DNA of 64,000 nt from Octopus vulgaris (lineage: Eukaryota), in assembly GCA_951406725.2 (NCBI GenBank), contig OX597814.1, positions 69,006,001 to 69,070,000 on the forward strand, in the 5' to 3' direction. The translations under genes and the position numbers were made by a program. Shown here in pieces: positions 52,801 to 64,000 of this stretch (within the stretch, counting starts at the first letter, position 1; the number at the start of each line of letters is the position of its first letter). The notes beneath the pieces were generated by a model that searched no databases, was not told the DNA's origin, and was given only the letters and a program-made list of their open reading frames with translations.

Positions 52801-53580
52801 TGTTTGAGACTAGGTCCCTAATGAAGAAAGCACGATTAGCTGAAAAGTTGTGAGAGAGGTCTAACGTGCCCAGATTCTCTAGGTTCAGTTTTCCGACACT
52901 TTAAAAGCACAAGGCTTGTTACAATGATGTGCCTTGTCATGGAAACGTGCGTGGTACCAACACACCGAAAAAATGTTGGTTGAAAAAGTGTTACGTCGTT
53001 TAGAAGAGAAAGAACGGATTCGCGAACGCCGACTAACGCGACAGAATTGAGCTATTTTGCGCGTTAAACCATCGATAGCCTTCAACATGGCGTCTCTATT
53101 TGTATTATTAGGCTATTGTCGAGAAGACGATGAAGCAATAACCGAATCAGCTGCGGTGGGTCTGTGAGAAAATTCCATTATCCTATCTGCAGATGCAGCA
53201 ATTTGATCTATAGTGTTGGTGTCAACCATATTCGCCAATATCGTCTGTACATTAGTTGATAAGCGGGAAAAAATAATTTCTTTACAAAAAAGCTGTCTAC
53301 AAGTGTATCGTCACCGAGTTCTCCGATCCATCTAAGAAATTCTGAAGGAGTTCTGTCACCCAGGTTCTCATCCTGTAACAAGGCACGGAAACAGCTTTCT
53401 ACTAATTCAGAATTTCTGCATAATTTTTCTGCTCTCAGAGAATCGTAAGGTCATGCCTTGTGGAAGATCTGTGATGGTATCTTTAACGGTGTCTGATATT
53501 ATGGCGGGAATACACGTGTAGCTTTTGTTGAGCGGCTTGTATACCATGTGCTGTGAAATAAGAATCAAGCTGTGCAAAAC
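49803..53580 (-). pseudogene. Gypsy gag-pol (gag, protease, RT, RNase H, integrase), disrupted
   Basis: LGDRTPS (gag), VDTGS (PR), MPFGLRN/YADN (RT), VDAS..ELLAV..SDHKPL (RH), HIDIIGP, TDRGRQF, NGMIERFHR (IN). Confidence 0.9.
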
Positions 53581-53735
53581 ATATAAGCTGGCATAAAAAT
53601 GTTACTCACTTTAATAAGCTGGTACGAAAGTGTTACTCATGATTACGGCAAAGAACAGGCGTGATCAGCCACGTAGCCAACCGATTGCAACTGGGGGGGG
53701 GGGGTGCTATCTTGATAGCTGAGGGTGCTGAACAG

Positions 53736-54186
53736 GGGTACGGACAAAAGCCCCTTCTTATAGTGTGAAAGTGGACAAAAGCCCCATGCTTATATTTTTC
53801 GGTTATTTTTTTTTCACATTTCTTGACGCCTAGCCTGGTCAAAATTTCTGATATATTTCGTTTGTATTTTCATTTAACTTGTTGCAGTCATTAAACTGAT
53901 GTCATGCTGGGGCATCACCCCGAAAAATTTTTAGTCGAATATATCGACTCCAATAATTTTTTTAATGATTTTCAACAAGCACGTAGTTAAGCCTAAAAGA
54001 TCTTTCCACATGCTAGAGATAACAGCCAAATCTTTAAACATTATTTTTATATAATTTCAAATAAACAAAAACAGAAACCGCGGTTCTGAGAAAAAAAAAA
54101 CACTTTCATACTTTAACTATGGGGGCTTATTTGAGGGGCTTTTGTCTTTGGGGGCTTTTTTCCTAAGGGTCTTTTGTATTACATCC
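53736..54186. mobile_element. Mutator-like MITE nested in the hAT
   Basis: Exact 9-bp TSD GCTGAACAG (53727-53735, 54187-54195); repeated GGACAAAAGCCCC / GGGGCTTTTGTC subterminal motifs; SINE scrap inside. Confidence 0.8.
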
Positions 54187-56504
54187 GCTGAACAGAACTC
54201 TAAAAACCGTACTGCTTATAAAATTTGATTATGTCTCTGTTGTGTGGAGATAGAACGCCCCCAAGGTGAATGGATGGATTAGTCCACCAGGAAAAATATG
54301 GTGGAGTAATGCCAATGGGTTCGACAGCTCATGAGCAGAGTGTCGACTCGGGAGTTCGAGTAGTATCGATGAGCGGACAACCATCTAGTACTAGCTCTTA
54401 AACGGACTTAATGTATGATTACGACACAAGTCTCTCAAAAAAATTCAGAACACCAAATAAAATCAAGTTACATTTATTTAATACAACTGCAATCTACGGC
54501 AACGCAAGGCAAAAAAAATAAGAAATCGTCCTTGTCTATACTTGATTTGTATTTATTAAGGGAAGCAAGTATCTTCAGATTTAATTTTCGCTGAGTGCTT
54601 CATATTTCGCCGAAAGGGTGTCATAATTCGAGTTAGCGTCGAAAATGATGATTCACATGTAGCTGTGCAAGATCCAAATGTTAATACTGTACCATACAAA
54701 AGATAAACATTTGGAAAGGCTTCATGTACAATACGTAAAGATCCAAAAATATCAAGCAGTGTCATCATAGTTTGTTGGGAAATGTATGCCTTAGCCATAG
54801 TAAGTTCAGAAAGTGAGGCCGATATATCGCAATTAACTAAGTTGCTCAAAGGTTTTAAAGCACTAAAATCTAAAAATGTCTCGGACATTGGTAGTAGACT
54901 TGCCAAGGAAGAATATATACTATTGTTTTGCTCGGAAAATCTATTATCTAGCTCTCCCAAGCTTTCGTCGATGATCGCGAAATAAATTTTGCGGTGAAAG
55001 ATTATCCAGTCATCTTGTGATGGTACCAGGGCTTCAACAACATAATCTGAAAAACGTCGGGACCCACAAGCTTTTCGACGCAGGCGTTCCTCAACATTAA
55101 ATTGACACATTTATTTTAGAATCTCATCAAATATTAAAGAGCTTCTCAGTTTGGTTATTTCACTTTTGGCAATCTTAAGAAGCCCAAGGTAATGGGCCAA
55201 GGTAATGATTACATTTGTGACTCTGAAGCTGTTTGTCTACTGGTCTAATTATATGCAGAAATTTGCTAAGAACAAGGGCTAGAAAAACAAACCTTGGGGA
55301 ACGAACTTGATGTAAAATTCCAGTTGCTTCTATACACGTTTTTGAATCTGACGAATCTGTGCATGGTTAGCAAACCAACAATTTTGGAGTGATTTTCTAT
55401 TACAGAAGCAATGGCAGTGAAATGACCCCACCACCTATGCTCCATAAGACGTGGAAACTTCAATCCTTTGCAGAGACTAGCTATCTTTGGCCGTTTAATA
55501 AAATTATGAAGAATATTAACGGTGTCGAAGAACGTAGCTAACTCCAGAATCCGCTTTATTGTGTTAACCACAAGATGCAACTGATGATTAAGACGATGAA
55601 CGTAGGGTATATACTTCTCAAGTCGATTCTGAATCTTTCTTTGAACGCCACCTATTTTGCTAGACATCACAGAAGCACCATCATAGCATTGTGACAACAT
55701 ACGCTTTAGGTCAATGCAAAGGTTGGTTAATTCCTTAATTTATAAGTCGGCCAGTGTTTCAGCATCATAATGTTGAGTAGTTGGCATCGCAACTAACTTT
55801 TCCAGAACCCTGCCGTTTTTCAAGTACCTAATAACAATTGCAAGATTTTCAGTATTACTCAAATCACGCGTTCCGTCACATTTCAGCGTAAAATAAGGAA
55901 CATCGGAACGAGGCTGACAGTGTGTCTTCTCAACAATTCGATAATTTCGTTTTGCATTGCTGCTGAAGTGTAGGTCGCATTTTTTGGAATCGTACTGTAA
56001 CATTCCATTAGGTTTGAGTCTTTCTCTAACGTGTGTTGGAATAATTTCATAAAAGACCACAAGGCTGCGTATCATCTTCCGAATAAAGATCCTGAAAAGC
56101 TTCATTTTCGTTTCCTAGAAAAGGCAATTCGTTTGAACAAAGAAAATGAACAATATCAACAATGGAACTGATATAATGACGGATTTTGCTCAACTGGTCA
56201 TTTTGTAAGATTGAAGACACGGATGTTGTTATGGATAAACGCTGTTGGCGTTCCTTACATGTTACCATGGCTTGGATATAGGATGCAGAGTTTGCGTGCT
56301 TATTTAAACCTTTGTTTTTTTTCTTTTGCATGATGCCAATTAGAATATCCATTTTTAATAAAACCAGTATCAGCTTGAGCAGAAGTATTAAAGTGCCGTC
56401 AAGCAAAACAAAACAAGGCTTTCTTTGAAAGAGAATACTCTAACCATGGACCAGCTTGACGAGAAGTCACATCTCTGATTTCCATAAATTTTGGGATCAA
56501 ACTT

Positions 56505-57680
56505 GGATCTTTTCATTTCCAAGGCCTGTTTTGTCAGATTTTTCTAGTTAACTAAATAATTTGAAACTTCGTATACTGGTAGAGTGTCTCAAAAGAAAAC
56601 ACTAATTTCAATTTGTTTATTTGAGAAAAATGTATTTTATAACTTTAAGGGTAGATTAAATCTGCGAATTTTAACCAATCGTATTGTTTGTTTTCATTTG
56701 AAATAATTAACTGCATTATCTTAGTGTGACGTAGAAAGCTATTTTGTGACGTAGACAGCTGTGCGTAGGTCTGTGTTTTGTGTGCGTGTGTGTGTGTTTG
56801 ATGGGGGTGTGGGAGACAGAAAGTATGTTGTGTAAGTGAAGTACTTCTGTTAGTGTGTGAGAAGAGACAGAGAGAGTAATGTGTGAAAGAGAGAGATAAC
56901 GGAAATTTTTTACTCGATGTATGTGTATATGTATGTATGCATGTATGTGTGTGTGTGTATGTATCTATGTATGTGTGTGTATGTATGTGTGTGTATGTGT
57001 GTGTATGTATGTATGGCCGATTCAGTGTTTACATTATTTCGAGTTAAAACGAAAGATTACCAAAAAAAATTTTGTCTATATCTTCGATCACTGTCATTAT
57101 TCCATTGAGTCAACCTCATTATTTTCTACATAGCAAAGGTAATCTTTCGTTTTAACTCGAAATAATGTAAACACTGAATCGGCCATACATACACACACAC
57201 ACACACACACATACATACACACACATACGAAAGATTGCCAAAGATAAAAAGTTACAGAAATAAAAGTTACACGAATAAAGTAAGGAATAAAAATCACAAA
57301 AAATATACGAAAATTTACAAAAACTAAGTTAGTTATATAATATATAGGTTTAATATATAAGTTAGTTAATAATATATAAAAAAATGTGAATAGAAACTGA
57401 AGGAATACGGGTGTTTACATTTCACGTATGTTAAATACGTCAGCAAAATAGCCGTTTACGTCTATTGAGACGAAGTAAATAATATGAAGCCGAAAGACCG
57501 AATACCATTGGTTAAAATTCTAATTATTAAACAACTTTAAACTTTGAAATTACAATTCCGTTTTCATTCTGGTTTACAATTATGTTTTCTTTTGACACAT
57601 TCTACCAGTATACGAAGTTTCAAATTGTTTGGTTAAGTAGGAAAAATCTGAAAAAACAGGCCTTGGAAATGAAAAGATCC
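56505..57680. mobile_element. MITE with ~97-bp TIRs and GG termini (Merlin- or Mutator-like) interrupting the hAT transposase
   Basis: 8-bp TSD TCAAACTT (56497-56504, 57681-57688); removal restores QPVLAKFDPKIYGNQR; internal inverted repeat 57007-57061 / 57138-57192. Confidence 0.85.
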
Positions 57681-60600
57681 TCAAACTTTGCTAGAACTGG
57701 CTGCACTGGTTGATCATCCAATGACTTTGCAAGACTTCCCTTGAGCTGTGAAACTTCGTTTACAATTCTCTTCTGTTTAGCATTATTAGATGAATCAGAC
57801 TGGAAATTCAGCAATGATTGTTTCAGTTCTCTTTTTTTGGTAGTGATTCATTATTTTGGGGCACTGATATTCGCAACAATTAATTCCAAGGTAAAATATC
57901 GTAGCAAGAGTAATAATTTCTTAAAATTTATGTATTTTTAAATTAAACTCGTAAGGGATTTCAGTTCAAGCAATTTTTTTTTTTCGATTTCTTCAAACTT
58001 ATGCTTTTTTTTAGTTAAACACAAAATGATTTCAGTTTAAACTTTGTTCAAAGAGAAGGAAAAATTATTCAGTGAAAGTTCTCACCTGAAAAATCCTTTC
58101 TGAATATATATTTTGGGAAATTTCAAAAATTTTCTTTCCTTTTTCGCGAATAATAATCTTCTCTGACTAGTAGAAATAAAATGACTTTTAAATGTCCGTC
58201 TCTGTTCATATATATATGTGTGTAATGATGCGTTTCCTACCATAAATCTTTAACTACAGCAAAAATTCCTCACATACTTTTCAACAGCAACAACGACAAT
58301 CACCAGCACCACCGCCGCCGTCGCCACCACGACCACCATCATAACAACAACAACTGACCCAGCGTCAGCCAGTCCTTAATTCAAACCACAGTTGATGACC
58401 GGGTCAGCAGCCAAATTTGCAGCAACAATTACAGCTACAACAAGCACTTTGACCAACTCACGTTTTCATATCCACTAACTACTAAATCAAAAGAAATTCT
58501 ATTTATTGCATCTTTAGCGGCGACAAAGTGGATAATTCTCATACTGGTGGGGGTGCTGAGCACCCCATAACCTCCACTCCGTGGCTACGTGCGTGGGCGT
58601 GATAAGTGACTTTCTTATTTGACGCAGAAAACACGAAATTATTACAAAACTAGAATATCAAAGGTGCTGGTAGAGTAATGTAGAAATTACCTTTAAAAGT
58701 GTAGTAAGGCGTCGATTTACCATGTGCTGTGGTTTGCGTATTCAAAAAGTCAGGTTTACTATTTTATAGTGAAATGTCCGCAATGATTTTCATTTTCTTG
58801 ACGTCGGGGATAAACATTTTATAGTGATGTCGATTAAGTGACATCCTATAATTTAATAACCATGAGAGAAAGAGGGGTCACCATCTTGTACGTAATGACA
58901 AGAAAATAAGAATTTGCGAGACGTTTGTAATAAGTCATAACTCTCATGATGCAAATTTACTCTCATGATGCAAATTAATCTTCTCAAAACATTGAGAACA
59001 AACCAATATCTGCCAAAAGAGAGATCGAAAATAATGCAAACAAACCGCTGCCATCACTAAATTCTCTTGTCTCTCCTAATATAGCTAAGTCAGCAGAGAC
59101 CTCTGTGGGATATATTCAACTTAGAAGCATCCTGAAACTACAGTTCGTTGAAAACTTTACTTTTTCGAAACTATCGTTAAGCGACAGGCCATTCTTAACA
59201 AGGTTAAGAGGAAAAACAGCTCTAATATTGAAAGTGTAACAAGAGGAAAATTAAGAGTTAGGATATTTAGATGTGCGCATGTAAGAAGGTTTGAACTGTA
59301 TAAATGTATGTTTTACATGAACGCAAAGACAAATATCAGAAAGTAATGATTTTTCGTTTATAAACATAACAATTTATTCCGTGGTCACACATGTAAGCAC
59401 ATCACGAGATAAGTGTTCAAAGGAACAGGGTGTAGCGAGACATAAACATCCAAGGTAGTTAAGTTCGATGCTTAAATAGCTGCAAGATGTTTATAAATGT
59501 ACAAATCCAATGCGTAGCGTAATCACTGCGGCCAGCAGTGATTGGATGTTTTGGGTGTGGCACGACTGTGCTATGCCACCACAACAATAGTGCTAACATG
59601 TTTCGCTACAGATACCCTCCTGCAGACTGAATGTCGATGCAAAATAATAAATGTAAAGCAAGATATACCTCTCAGGACCTACAAAATAAAAACAACGTTA
59701 AAAATTGCGAAATGTGAGTTTAGAACCTTAAATAATTGTTACAAATGATATACAGAATATTCACAGAAATAGATACATAGATAAAAAAGGTCCTGGAAAA
59801 TTAAAAGGTAACAAGGGACATGCCAAAATTAGGTGAATGCAAAGGCAAGTTAACAAATACGCATATACATGAAAAGGAAAACAGCATAGATACATTAAGC
59901 AGGAAAAAATACAATACGATAACAAGCTCGAAGGGCCAGTTCATATATAAACAGTTTTACATAGATACTCAAGCCAATGGGACACAATAACCACTGCGGG
60001 TTGTCGTGACATATGTTGGAGGTGGAGAAGGTGTGTCTGGTTGAGCTTGCGACGGCGACGGCACTTATTAAACCGGAAAATCCACTACGGGAGTAGGGGG
60101 AGGCAGCGAACGCAGCCAGGACCAAGAGCAACAGCAACAAAGAAAGAAAGGAAGAAAGATACACAGGGTTGCCTAATCAAGCAATTTTTTTTTAACAAAA
60201 GCATTCAACGACAAAGGTTAACAAATCATGTAACATTTGACACAATACAGAGTTCGATTTCTTCCAAAACACACCATTTACATTTGACACAATACAACGT
60301 TTCTCTGTTTTGTTTTTTAAGATTTAACATTTGACAACACAACACAGAGTACTTTCCGTTTTTTTTAACACAACTCTTTTTCTTCTAACACAGAGAGTTC
60401 GTTCTCAAAATTCTTCTTTTCTCTTCTTTCTTTACTTTTCTCTCTTCCTTTCTTTTAAAAACAGTCAATAACTCATTTCTTTTCTTCTTCTTTTCTTTTC
60501 AAACAGTCTTACTCTTTCTTTTTTTAAAACATTTACAAGTTCTTTTCTCCTTTTCTTTTCAACAGTCTTTCTATCTTTTTTTAAACATTTACAAGTTTTT

Positions 60601-61510
60601 TTTTTCTTTTCAACAGTTAATGTCACAGAGTCTTTCTTTCCTTTCTTGAAACACATCAAAGTTTAAAAGACAAAAGCATTACCGGCACATTCTCTTAATT
60701 CGCGTCTGCAACATTCTCTTAGTTCCACGTCTCCCACTACAGTTGCCCAGCTTCCTCATGTATCTCTCTCTGCCCCAGTCAGTCTGTGACTGTCATCTTC
60801 CTGACTACCTCTCGTAGTGTCATCTGACTGACTAGTCCCCTTGTCCGGTCCTCCGCTGACTGATTGCCTGCCAGAAAGAGAGACATACCGTAAGTCAACA
60901 GCGTGTATTTCCCTCCCCAGTATTTTTATTTTTTAAAACTTTCCCTGGCCGTATGAGGCCAGAGATCAAGTGCCTACGGTCATTAATAACCGTGCTCCTT
61001 GACAGGACAAAGGAAATACCCCTGTCCTGAACAACTGGAGCGCCGGTTCGATTCCAACTAATGGAACAAGGGGCATAATGTTTTTTTTTGTTCGTCTACA
61101 TTTTCCTGCGTCCGTAACAATACCAATAATAATTGGTGGACTTGGTTTTGTAAGCAAGTGCCAAAGTGGCAGTCTGGATATGGTAGGGTTTTCAGAAAAA
61201 GAAATCGGCTAGCTAATTCACACACTACAAATATAGTTTGTCAGCGAGACAGTAATATTACGCAAGACTTTTCTCAAGTTCAAAATATGACTGTTTCTAT
61301 CTAACATTCCAGCGATGGAGCTTTGTATCTTCGTTAGAAACCAGCTCTAACTCAGAGGAAAAATTCAAATAATTACAACACACACGCATACACATTCATA
61401 CATACTTCATATACCTACATGCATAGATAGATAGATAGATAGATAGATACATACATACATACATACATACATACATACATACATACATACATACATACAT
61501 ACATACATAC

Positions 61511-62157
61511 TGTATAACGAGATTCGTCGAAAGGCTAACACCGAGGACAAAGAAATAAGAACCCACAATATGTTGGAAGCCATAGCCACTCATAATAAAA
61601 AGGAGTACTGGTAGAACGTCCCACTGAAGACCTCAATAAAATATAAACACCATAGACTTGATATAAGAGAAATTGTGTACAATTGTGGAAATCAGTTGAC
61701 CAGCCTATGTTAAAATAAAGCTGAAGATCAGTGAAAAAGAGAATACCTACGCTGAATTACTTAGAAATCTGCATTTGCTCTATCCAAATTACAAGTTCAG
61801 GTATATTCCTGTAATTATTGGGGCCTCGGGATATGTAACGCACCGAGAAATTAAGCTTTTCAAAACCAGAAAGGAGAACGGTGATTCGAAGTCTACAGAT
61901 CCTACCTATCACTGGAAATTTAAAAATCACGTAAAACTTTCCAGAAGTTAGCATTTAAGCATATATGAGCAAGTCTTGACATGTAACTATGCATGAGAAG
62001 ACATACATAAAACAAGACATACAAATCTGCACGCATACATACATAAAAAATATCCTGTTGTTGTTGTTGAAATTCCAATGAAAGAGCCTTAGATCTAGGT
62101 TAGAAACCTGCTCTTTCTCTATTGGCTAGAAATCTTGAAATAAAACTGAATAATGAC
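61511..62157 (+). mobile_element. 5'-truncated R4/Dong-type element (REL endonuclease + 3' UTR) in (CATA)n
   Basis: CTIVEIS..VKIKLKISEKENTYAELL..IPVIIGASG; (TACA)n on both flanks. Confidence 0.8.
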
Positions 62158-62170
62158 ATACATACATACA

Positions 62171-62204
<34 letters not shown>

Positions 62205-63438
62205 CATACATACATAGTGAATGCTCTTTCTTCATTGTTGATTGCCGTTTTCTTGTGCTTCCTCGTTATCTAGAGTATTTCCGAGTTTCCATCCATGACC
62301 TCACAAATGACTATTCAGTCCCGCTGTAGATCTGCATTGTCTGAAAAATAGCCGACTGACGAAAGTTATAACTTACTTTGTGCTTCCAACTGGTTAGGTC
62401 TGCACACATCGCCACTCTTCAATCGCCGCAATACTTACTGTTGACGGAATAACAAATGAATTCACCATAAAGAGACATTTGTACATCATTGGATTGTAAT
62501 GAAAAATGTTTCTATAACACCAGAGCTCCTCTCTGAGTTTCCATCATTAATACCTACTGGCAAACCAAAACAAAACGACTGATAATCACTTGAAACATCA
62601 GGTTTTACCTCAAAGTGACCGTCTCCTAGAAGGATGCTGTGAAAGTAGCTATGGATCCCTCTCCTCCCAGTGATTTTACCGCGTGTCCTGAAACCAACCA
62701 AGGATATTACTGCGTCCCCGCGCTCAGATGAATTGTAATCACATATGTTAGTTAGCTGGGCCCCTGACCGAGTCAGAGTAGACTTGGGAACACTAGTGAC
62801 TAAGAGGTGGTTCCATAACACTACTCAACATCCTGGAATTCACGAATCAGAGCTCCATTACACGCACGATGCATGCATGCATACATAGACAGACATATAA
62901 ATAGACAGACATTCATATCTGCATACATTGTGGCTGTCGACTCGCTAAATGAGTATGACTATTAGCGACAAATTATCATGTTTCTGGGTCTTGTTTGTTT
63001 TCCCAGTGACCATGGAAAGCCAGTAACCAACCTGCATTTTTTGTTGCAGATGCAACATTCATTTTCATGAGTTGCACTTGGGTGTTCATTCTGGACAGAA
63101 CCCAGATTGTATACTTTCATGTGCCTTGTGAGTCCAGATCAGTTGGGAAATTCCCTAATACATAGACAACAAAATGGATTAGCTGCTAGAAATTAGTTGT
63201 ATTCAATCTGAGGCTTTCAGCGTATTTGCATAGGTGCCTTGTGAGGCCAGCTCTGAAGAGACAAACGCGTCCGAATTCATCACATTCAAAATGCAAGACT
63301 TTTCAAGTTCCAAATGTGAATTTGTCTGTGTTAACTACATCCCAAAGATGAAGCCTTGTATCTTTAGAAACATCTCCCTCCTCAATGGAAGATTTAAAAT
63401 AATTAAAGAATTGAAGAGACATACATACATGCATACAA

Positions 63439-64000
63439 GATGGTACTGTCAGCATCAGACATATAGGCGTACAGGGCTATTCAAAATATATTTTTTTAAC
63501 GTTCCCTTTATGCCGACTCCTCCAGCCTGAATCAGTAACTAGTTTATTTCTCCCATTATAAATAAGAGAAACGCTTTTTGCCTACGCAGAATTCTGCTAA
63601 CATGATCATAGCTGAAACTAACAACACCACTGACGACGAAAGCAGACTACGGCACCAGTAAGCTATCTCATTTTACTTGGACTCGACATCTAAACCAAGA
63701 TCTACTTCAATGCTATGAAAAAGCCCATGAAGACCCTTCTATCGGATATATGAAGCAGTTAAAAATATATTTGGACGAATTTCACCCAACTTAAAGTACC
63801 TTTACTGCGAATCAACTTCGACAACAAGCCTCTTTTTTAAGAGAAAAATTATTTGAACAACTCTATACCATGATAAAACAATGGCAAGAAAATCCCTTAC
63901 ATGGCAAATACTGGGATAAAATAAAGAGAGAAAAAATAGACAAAGTAAAACCTAAACCTCAACAATGGTTCAGATGCTTAGGACTCAAAGCAAAGACTGA
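63439..64000 (+). mobile_element. 5' end of an R4/Dong-type element, running off the window
   Basis: FTWTRHLNQDLLQCYEKA..GYMKQLK..FHP..TANQLRQQA N-terminal motif; begins after a short (CATA)n. Confidence 0.65.

Larger units (their letters stand above)
53666..58595 (-). mobile_element. hAT transposon (TTF zinc finger/DUF4371-type transposase relic) inserted in the Gypsy element
   Basis: Exact 8-bp TSD GGCGTGAT (53658-53665, 58596-58603); TIR CA..CACGTAGCCA; PWLEYS, CDGTRD, QCYDGASVMS, TATCESSFSTL motifs over ~54556-57830. Confidence 0.92.
49062..58942 (-). mobile_element. Degenerate Gypsy LTR retrotransposon, CsRn1/Kabuki-type
   Basis: 3' LTR 49062-49472 (TATA, AATAAA on -), PPT 49473-49482, truncated 5' LTR 58820-58942, decayed tRNA-Trp PBS ~58799-58817; gag CWYH..C..PC motif. 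Confidence 0.88.

Noticed and set aside
59230-61120. Possible solo LTR
   Set aside because: TG..CA-like ends and a minus-strand AATAAA exist, but no matching TSD or second copy in the window.
62486-62821. 111-aa ORF
   Set aside because: No recognisable motif; possibly a decayed LINE endonuclease, but unsupported.

Overview
This is an AT-rich, microsatellite-laden eukaryotic window. The tRNA-derived SINE families and repeat spectrum point to an octopus/cephalopod genome (inference). I found no intact host protein-coding gene, and most long ORFs in the track are translations of (TA)n/(TG)n/(TATG)n tracts. The window is a nest of decayed mobile elements. These are: a near full-length RTE LINE in (TATG)n; R4/Dong-type REL-endonuclease LINE pieces in (CATA)n; several Penelope-like elements (PLEs; Naiad-like and Neptune-like); an ORF1-only L1/Tx1-type element with a 15-bp TSD; a CsRn1/Kabuki-type Gypsy element carrying a nested hAT, which itself carries two MITEs; mariner relics; a tail-out Helitron pair inside a SINE; and many SINEs. 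The most notable hidden signal is a dense set of type I hammerhead ribozyme (HHR) motifs at about a dozen loci, from several unrelated sequence families. They sit in short non-coding modules inserted in or beside (TA)n tracts, often as inverted-repeat foldbacks. They include a 415-nt terminally redundant monomer (retrozyme-like) and a tRNA-headed SINE carrying an HHR body. All structures were read by eye and no folding or database search was run.
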